Shown one piece after another: positions 56,366 to 64,000 of a stretch of DNA of 64,000 bases. Below the pieces are notes generated by a model, which saw nothing but the letters and a program-made list of their open reading frames with translations, was not told where the DNA came from and made no database searches. The translations under genes and the position numbers were made by a program. The stretch is taken from assembly GCF_009914755.1 (NCBI RefSeq), contig NC_060925.1, one strand, 5' to 3'. The DNA comes from the human T2T-CHM13v2.0 reference genome, Homo sapiens. How positions within the stretch are numbered: position 1 is the stretch's first letter; each line of letters starts with the position of its first letter.

Positions 56366-57026
56366 AGACATCTTATAAAATTGCACATTTGATAGCTCTT
56401 TGCAAGTGAAGCCTCTGAAGATGTGTGTTTTGGGTCAATAATTAGAAATATTTTCTTTTCACAATTCTAGATGGACTTTTCTTATACCAAAGCTTGTGCT
56501 TTACAAAAAGCAATGCTGCCGCCATAAAATGTTCACCTGCCTATGTTTGTATGTTTTCTGAACTGTGAATTGCCCCATTTGTACTTTATTCCATGTCATA
56601 GATGATTGTTAGATGGGTTGATGTCATGACTGCAAAGTCAATCTTTACAGAAAAAATATTTCATAAAGAGGAGGTTAGTATCTCAATCTAAGTGCTAAAA
56701 CTTTCTTTGTAGCATTTTTTCTTGCTGGTCTCCCAAAAGTATTTATTCTTTTTCATATTTTGCTGTAAGCTTCTAAAAGTAGAGAATGTTGTCCTGCTAT
56801 ATGACATGGTATTTGGCTCCTGACCCACTGTAAACACTCGATGGTGTGTCAAACAATTCCATATTCAGTAGCTTCTGGATACATGAGGCCACGTCTTAAG
56901 GTAATCAGGAATTGTATTTACCCTTGAGAGATCTGTTCTAAAGGGTAGAATGCCTTTGATGCCCATAATCTTCCTATAGACAAAAGGCTTCAGAGGACAA
57001 ACTACCTTTATGGGAGCTCAGAAAGT

Positions 57027-57420
57027 TATATTAGTCAGAGCTCTTTCAGTTGCAAGCGATATAAGTCAATGAAACTACCCGAAGCAAAAAATATGTAGTG
57101 GCAGGATATATTGCCTGATTTAACTAAGAAGTCCAGTCATGGCCGCACTTCAGTTATGATAGGTTCAGTCAGCTCAAGTGATATCACCAATTCTCTCTAC
57201 CCATCTCTGGGTAATCTTGTAAGGTAACACTCTCACAAATCAGATGGAACTGCCTCCAGGTGGCCAAGATGTTAACTGGCAGTCTCAGCTTAGAAAATGA
57301 AATGAAAATGGAAACTTTTTTTCCCCAAAGATCTATTTATCAATTCTAGGATGTTATCAGCCCTGCCTGGGTCCCTTATGGTACCCATAGGTCAAATCAC
57401 TATTGCTTAGGATGCTAATT
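57027..57420 (-). mobile_element. MaLR LTR MLT1K/L-like
   Basis: tattagtcagagctctttcagttgcaag start; gctcaagtgatatcacca. Confidence 0.6.
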
Positions 57421-57559
57421 CACCCACCTAATTTACCTTCCCATCGCCGTGGCTATAAGGAGGTAGGAACTATCTATCAGTTTTAACACCCACCTAGAAC
57501 ATTGCTGGCACATTGTAAAGCTCAAAAGTATTAATTGAATAAATGAATGCTCACTATAT

Positions 57560-57750
57560 AAAGGGAAAAGAAGAAATGAACTAGCATTTATGTGTTGGGC
57601 ACTATACCAATAGTTATACATAGTTTACTTACCTAATTTCTTTCTTTATGAGGCTTATTTTAGAGAAAAGCAACCTGAAGTTCAGGGCATTATCTTGCCT
57701 TGCTCCTAGTACAGAAATAATGAGTGCAAGAGCTGAGTATTTAAGCCTTA
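57560..57750 (-). mobile_element. MIR fragment
   Basis: gcatttatgtgttgggcact...attttagagaaaagcaacctgaagttcaggg. Confidence 0.45.
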
Positions 57751-57879
57751 AATTGGGTTTTTTTCTGTGCTTTCTTGGTATAACCTTTCTATCAATGTTT
57801 TTCCAGTTCCTAAGTTCAATAGCTGTATGTCATGACAATTCTCACATTCATTTCTCTTGAAAGATCTTTCTCCTGATTT

Positions 57880-58862
57880 CCATTTCCTTATATTCTCCTG
57901 ATTTCTGGACATATCCACTATGACATTCCTCAGGCACTTTAATCACAGTAAGTCCTCAGCTAAACTTCATTTTCCCATTCTTCCTAATTTAACCTTCTTC
58001 CAATAGCCATTATCATGATGAAAGGGCATCACAAGCAAATGTAGTTCCAAAGTCAGAAACGCGGGGATAATCCCAATTCCTTCCTCATCCTTAATAGTTA
58101 TATGTAATCGTTTGGCACGTCAAATCAATTCCATCTTATAAACATCTTTCAGACCTATCCTTTTCCCTTGGTCTCCCTTACCATTGCCTTAGTTGGATTG
58201 CAGTGTATGTTGTCTTTCAAATTTATCTTATATGTCAAAATCTATAGATTTTGCAACCAAAATGATATTCTAAAAATGCAGACCCTATCATTTCTCTTTT
58301 CTCCAAATTCAAACCAAACAGTGATTTTTCTATTGCCTACTAGTTAGTACAAAATTTATTGTAATACAAATGTATGCTGGTATACAAAATCTATTGTAAT
58401 ATATTCCCAACTCTATCTCAGTCCTCATGTGTCACCCTTCATATCTTTGAACCTACTGTCCTAGGCATATCCAGTCTTCAGAACGAGTCTTGCAGTGTCA
58501 TTTCTTCCTGTCTTTGGACAACATCCTCTAATTCTTTGATAAACCTTTTCTGTCTTTCTTATCTTCAGCATGCTGTGGGCCCCATGTAGATGTTTCCCCG
58601 TTTAGGAAGCTGTGTCCCTGACGTGTCATCCCCAAGCTGGATTAAGTGTATTGAGTTCTCTTGTGTTCCAACTGCACTCTCTGCTTGCTGGATCACAACA
58701 TTTATGATGTATCTTCCTTTCACAAGAATAAATGTGATGCTTTGCTTTTCTGTTTCTCTCATTAATTGAACATGTAATGGGGCATAGATTGTCATTCTGT
58801 ATTCCCATAGACTAACCAGTATTTGGAAAATGGGAGCCTTAAAATATGTCAAATGAATGAAT
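57880..58862 (+). mobile_element. L2c fragment
   Basis: ctggacatatccact...caggcactttaa...; ends with L2 tail aaatgaatgaat. Confidence 0.6.
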
Positions 58863-58915
58863 AGGCTGAAGTTTAGAATACTTTTAAACATCTTGGTTAA
58901 GAATTAACCCACATA

Positions 58916-59151
58916 CAGATTGAGTATTCCTAATCCAAAAAACCGAAATTCAAAATATTCAAAAACTTTGTAAGTGCTGCCATGGCACTCAAAGGAAATG
59001 CTCATTGGAGCACTTCAAATTTTGGATTTCTCTTATTTTCAGATTAGGCATGTTCAACCTTAAGTATATTGCAAATATTCTGAAATCCAAAATAATCTTA
59101 AATCTGAAATGCTCTGGCCCCAAGCATTTTGGATAAAGGGTCCTCAATGTG
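58916..59151. mobile_element. Tigger4a/MER46-type MITE
   Basis: TA flanks; cagattgagtattcctaatccaaaa...ctcaaaggaaatgctcattggagca...cccaagcattttggataa. Confidence 0.85.
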
Positions 59152-59156
59152 TACCA

Positions 59157-59525
59157 TATATCTAAATCTACTGGGGCTACTGTAAGACAATACTTTAGAC
59201 TGAGAAGCTAATCAACTAAAAAAAAAAGTATTCTCATAGTTCTGGAGGCTTAGAAGTTCAAGATCAATGAGCCAGCCAATTTATTGTCTAGTTAGGGCCT
59301 GCTTCTTTCATAAGTGGATGTCTTCTCATTGTAACCTCACATGGCTGAAGGGGCCAAGGAGCTCCCCTGGGCCTACTTTATAAGGCACTAATCCTATTCA
59401 TGATGACTCTGCCCTCATTACCTAGTCACTTTCCAAAAGGCCCCATCTGCTAATACCAACACCATAGGGGTTAGGATTTTCACATGTGAATTTTGGGGAG
59501 TGACCCAAACATTCAGATCATAGAA
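59157..59525 (-). mobile_element. MaLR solo LTR MLT1A0-like
   Basis: ctcatagttctggaggct...aagttcaagatcaa...ataaggcactaatcctattcatga...aaacattcagatcatag. Confidence 0.8.
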
Positions 59526-59945
59526 TAATACATTTCACCCATTTAAATTGTACAATTCAATGCTTTTCACTATATTCACAATATTGTGAGCCCATAACCA
59601 TCATCAAGTTTAGGATATTTTCATCATACCAAAAAGAAGTCCTGTACCCTTTTAGCAGTCATAGACCATTTTTTTGCATACTCACAAGTCCGAGGCAAAC
59701 ACTAATCTACTTTCTGACTCTATAGATTTGCCTGTTCTGAACATTTCATATAAATGGAATCATGCAATCTATGATATTTTGTGACTGGCTTCTTTCACTT
59801 AGCAAAATTTCTTCAAGATTCATTCATGTTGCATGTGTCAACACTTCATTCCTATTTATTGCCAAATAATATTTCATTGTATAGATACACCACATTTTGT
59901 GTATCCATTCATCAGCTGACAGACATTTAGGTTATATCCACTTTT
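59526..59945 (-). mobile_element. L1MB 3' end
   Basis: cactaatctactttctgactctatagatttgcctgttctgaacatttcatataaatggaatcat. Confidence 0.85.
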
Positions 59946-59954
59946 AAAACTCTA

Positions 59955-60650
59955 TTGATGTAAGCATTTATTGCTATAAACATCCCTCTTAATACTACTT
60001 TGCTGTATTCCATAGGTTTTGGTATGTTGTGTTTTTATTTTCATTTGTTTCAAGATATTTTTTTCTTCTTAATTTCCTCATTGACTCAGTGGTCATTTGG
60101 GAGCATGTTGCTTAATTTTCATGTATCTGCACAGTTTTGAAAGTTCCTCTAGTTATTGATATGTAGTTTTATTATATTGGGGTCAGAAAAGATACTTGAT
60201 ATGATTTCAATTCTTGTAAATTTGTTGAGACTTGTTTTGTGGCATAATATGTAGTGCATCCTGGAGAATGTTCAATGTTCTGATGAGAACGATGTGTATT
60301 CTTTAACTATTGGATAAAATGTTACATTAATGTCTGCTAGGACCATTTGGTCTAAAGTGAAGTTGAAATCCAATGTCTCTCTTTTTAAAAATATTAATTC
60401 TGTGCCTATACTTGCCTAGAAATCCAATGTGTCTTTGTTGATATTCTGTCTAGATGATCTGTCTGTTGCTGAGAGCAGAGTGTTGAAGTCTTCAACTATT
60501 ATGGTAGTGGAGTCTGTCTCTTAAGATATAATATTTGCTTTATATATCTGATTACTCTGATGTTGGGTGCATATATGCTTATAATTGTTATATCTTCTTA
60601 CTAAAATGATATTTTTTATCATTGCATAATGACCTTTTTTGCCTCTTTTG
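59955..60650 (-). mobile_element. L1M ORF2 fragment
   Basis: gctataaacatccctctt...cataggttttggtatgttgtg...gtcagaaaagatacttgatatgatttc. Confidence 0.8.
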
Positions 60651-62159
60651 AAGGTAGTCTTAATGAATAGTTCTAATGCTTATGAATACAACTGAGAACA
60701 AGTTTGGCTTGAAGATAGGACAACCATTTACACATTTTTGGCTCTAGATTAAATAACTTTATTTGGTGCTCATTCAGTACTTGGATATAAAAATTAAACA
60801 AAAATGATCGATTTTTGTTTGGCAGTTTTTCAAATTTGAGGACGTATGAATGACATGGAAGTCATTCAGAAGTCCTAGTGCAATTGGCCATAACAAATTA
60901 CAGGAGAGGTCTTCCCTAGAACTCCAACTTGTGTAAACTTTCGCTTGTTAGAAAATATTACATTTACATCCTGTTTCCTTGGATTTCATATCAGTCTTTC
61001 TAAGGCCTCGGTTCCAATCTCTTCCTATCTTAAAGCACAAGAGGACAATGCCTTGTCTTCCTGGGCCTGTTGCATTTTTAAAAAATTTAAACATAGCTTC
61101 TTACTTCAGTTTGTTATATAATCAGTGTGAATTTTCATAATTATCCAGTCTTATAGCTTGACAACTAATTGTCAAAAATAATTAACTATGATTTGGGGAA
61201 GTGTTTTGATTTATTTTTGGGTCTTAGGGATAGATTGGCTTCCTAGCTGGATATAAAAAATCTACTATGGATGTTTTAAATTCCCTGTTAATTTTGGCAC
61301 AATTTAAATTTCCCTAATTCTTCCACCTGAGTGAAAAGAAGGCAGCATCTAATTTTATTTCAATGCACAAAGCTATTTCCGAGTGCACAGTCAAGCCTGC
61401 CAAAGATTATTTTAAAATAAGTGGTTGTTTTGGAATTTAACTAACGATAAAAACTAACCTCTGTTCCTTTTTTTGACAATCTAATTGAGAAAAATTGGTC
61501 ATTTTACATTGTGTATGCCTCTTTGAATTGCAATTTTGATGTAAATGTAGCTTCTTTGCATATGGTACATAGAATGAATAAAACAAATTAAATATCTGGA
61601 CTATTACCAATGTGAGGAAATTGACTGATGTGAGTATGCAGTCCTGTGTGTATGTGTGTGTTTTAACCAGTGATAAGTTCTGGTGCCAAAGAAATGCAGA
61701 GCTCAGATGGATAAAATGCAAGAAGCAATAACTTGTTTATGAGCAAGATTTACTTCCAATTAGATATTAGCTTGATATCCTATGATATTTCAAATTAGAA
61801 ATCTATAAACTGCCATAGAGAAAAGAAGCATACATCATTTTTTAAAATCCATGAATTCTTCTTTGATTTTGCACTTTTAATTCAAGGTCACCATAAACAG
61901 CACATTTTCATTTATATAAATATAGCTGTATCAATGTGGTTTTAGGTGAATTCATCATTGACAAATCTAAAATTGTATTTTGAAGAATGTTGAGAATTTC
62001 TGGGTCACATTCTGAACTTGTTGAGGAAAACATTATAGAATATAGGAAAAATAATTTTTTTCCAAACATTCCTCACTGTCCTTGTGTAGGTCTAGATTGA
62101 TTTATTGTCTAACTCCATTTATTTCTTACATTCTCATAAACTATCAGAATATTCTTTTT

Positions 62160-62467
62160 CTATTTTTAATAAATTTATGAAGTTTTTTAAACCATCATCA
62201 CAATTCAATTTTAGAACATTTTTATCATCCTTCCAAATTCTCTTGCTCCCAATTGTAGTTAGTTTCCTTCCTCCTCTATCTCCATGGCTAAACAACCATA
62301 AGTCTCTTTCATTGTCTAAAAGTTTGCCACTCCTTGATATTTTATTTAATAAAGTATACAGTATTAGAGTTTTGCAGCTGATTTCTTTTACCATGTTTTG
62401 CCCATTTTAAAATTTGGCTGTTTTCTTATTATTTTGTTGTATGAGTTATTTATATTTATATATTCTA
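62160..62467 (-). mobile_element. L1MB/MC 3' end fragment
   Basis: accatcatcacaattcaattttagaacatttttatcatcc. Confidence 0.7.
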
Positions 62468-62742
62468 GTGATATGGTTTGATTCTGTGTCCCCATCAAAT
62501 CTCATGTTGAATTCTAATCCCCAATGTTGGATCATGGGGGTGAATTCTTCATGAGTGGTTTAGCACCATCCTGTTTGGTGCTGTTCTCATGATAGCTTCT
62601 CATGACATCTGGTTGTTTTAAAGTCTGTGTAACACCTCCCTCCCACCTCCTGCTCCAGCCATGTGAGATGCGCCTACTTTCCTTTCACCTTCTACCATGA
62701 TTGTAAGTTTCCTGAGGCCTCCCTAGAAGTAGAAGCTGGTGC
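62468..62742 (+). mobile_element. MaLR LTR MSTA (3'-truncated)
   Basis: tgatatggtttg...ccatgattgtaagtttcctgaggcctccctagaag. Confidence 0.85.
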
Positions 62743-62866
62743 AAAGGACGTGAATTTTTTCTTTTTTATGGCTGCATGGTATTCCATGGTATATAGGTAC
62801 CACATTTTCTTTATCCAATCTGCCACTGATGAACACTTAGGTAGATTCAATGTCTTTGCTACTGTA
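62740..62866 (-). mobile_element. L1PA/PB internal 3'-region fragment
   Basis: tgcaaaggac...ttttatggctgcatggtattccatggtatataggtaccacattttctttatcca. Confidence 0.8.
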
Positions 62867-62931
62867 TTCCTACATTATGAGTTCTTTTAATCTTCACATG
62901 CATTGGGTTTTAAAAAATTAATTTTCTGTAT

Positions 62932-63431
62932 TGTCAGCCTAAAATAATCAAAAGGCACAGGAGCCAGTTAAAAGTATTTATTTAAGTGCAAAGTGTGAGG
63001 TTGACCATCTGGGGAGCAGACCTATGCCAAAGAATGGTAAACAGTGTTCCTAGTGTGAAGGAAGATGAAGATAATTTATACAGGCAAAAAGGGAGGTGCT
63101 GAACAGAGTTACATTTTCCATACAAAGGGCAATATACAGATATAAGATTTGATTGGCTACTATTGATTATACTCTAAAGGGATTTCTTAACATTCTATTG
63201 TAAATAGGTAACAATCACAAGGGTCTCTATTTTCCAATGTCATATACTCTATTTGACTAAAGAGTAAAGGGTCAAGTTAACATATAAAATATCAACACAA
63301 AGATCAGAAAGCAACAATTATGCACCAGAGAAGAAAAACAGCCTTGTTACCTGGTGTCAGTTTCCAGGGCTTAACATTTCTCCATGAGCTAAAAAATTTG
63401 GAAGGTCCTGAAATTGTATTTTCTTTTTACC
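62932..63431 (-). mobile_element. ERV1 solo LTR MER65-like
   Basis: tgtcagcctaaaataatcaaaagg start; cagtttccagggcttaac...ggtcctgaaatt; inserted in L1M. Confidence 0.65.
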
Positions 63432-63887
63432 ATATCTAGTGAGATCAACATTGCTTTCATCCTTTTTGTATTATGTATTTTGTCCTTTGTGTATTGCGTT
63501 AGTTGATTTTCAGATGTTAAACCATTTTGTGTTTATGACATAAATCCCACTAGGTCATGGTGTATAACCCTTTTTATATGTTACTGGGTTTGATGTGCCT
63601 ATCTTTTATTAAGAGTATTTGTAACACATATTTATGAGGGATATTTGTCTGTGGTTTGTTATGTTTTTGTTTGGCTTTGCTATCAAGGAAATCCTGGCCT
63701 CAGAGATTTGAGTATGGAAGTGTTCCTTTCTTCTCTGGTTTCTGAAAGAATTTGTGAAGTATTTGTATTGTCTCTATTTTATTTGATAGAATTCACTGGT
63801 GAGGTCACCTGAGCCTGAGCTTTACATTGTGGGAATATTTTTAGTTATTAACTCAGTGTCTTTACTTGTTATAAATTCATTCACATT
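63432..63887 (-). mobile_element. L1M ORF2 fragment
   Basis: ataaatcccactaggtcatggtgtata...ggaagtgttcctt...atttgatagaattcactggtgag. Confidence 0.8.
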
Positions 63888-64000
63888 TTCTTTTCTTTTC
63901 TTTTCTTTTTGAGACGGAATCTTGCTCTGTCGCCCAGGCTGGAGTTCAGTGGAGCGATCTCAGCTCACTGCAAGCTCCGCCTCCTGGGTTCACACCATTC
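63888..64000 (-). mobile_element. AluY-like element (runs off the window end)
   Basis: (TTTTC)n tail, gagacggaatcttgctctgtcgcccaggctgg...gcaagctccgcctcc. Confidence 0.9.

Overview
Primate (human-like; contains CpG-rich AluY copies) AT-rich non-coding DNA. I see no recognisable protein-coding exon, RNA gene, CpG island or CRISPR array. The window is a dense mosaic of transposable-element relics: about 12 Alu elements or fragments, more than 20 LTR elements (MaLR THE1/MST/MLT1, ERVL MLT2/LTR16/MER21/MER76-like, ERV1 MER4/LTR39/LTR8A/MER67/MER65-like, in both orientations and often nested), one apparently full-length dead L1MA (~47.6-55.0 kb, minus), older L1M/L2/MIR fragments and three DNA-transposon MITEs. 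The long ORFs in the track are mostly Alu/L1/LTR-derived or chance. The structure not explained by ordinary transposition is a set of local template-switch or repair scars: a 195-bp templated insertion with junction microhomology (35243/36073), a 91-bp templated copy (42751/44175), a fold-back Alu (26456-26662), a micro-inversion in the L1 and short tandem duplications. I found no convincing novel biological system. Subfamily names come from my recall of consensus sequences and need RepeatMasker/Dfam confirmation; boundaries of ancient elements are approximate.
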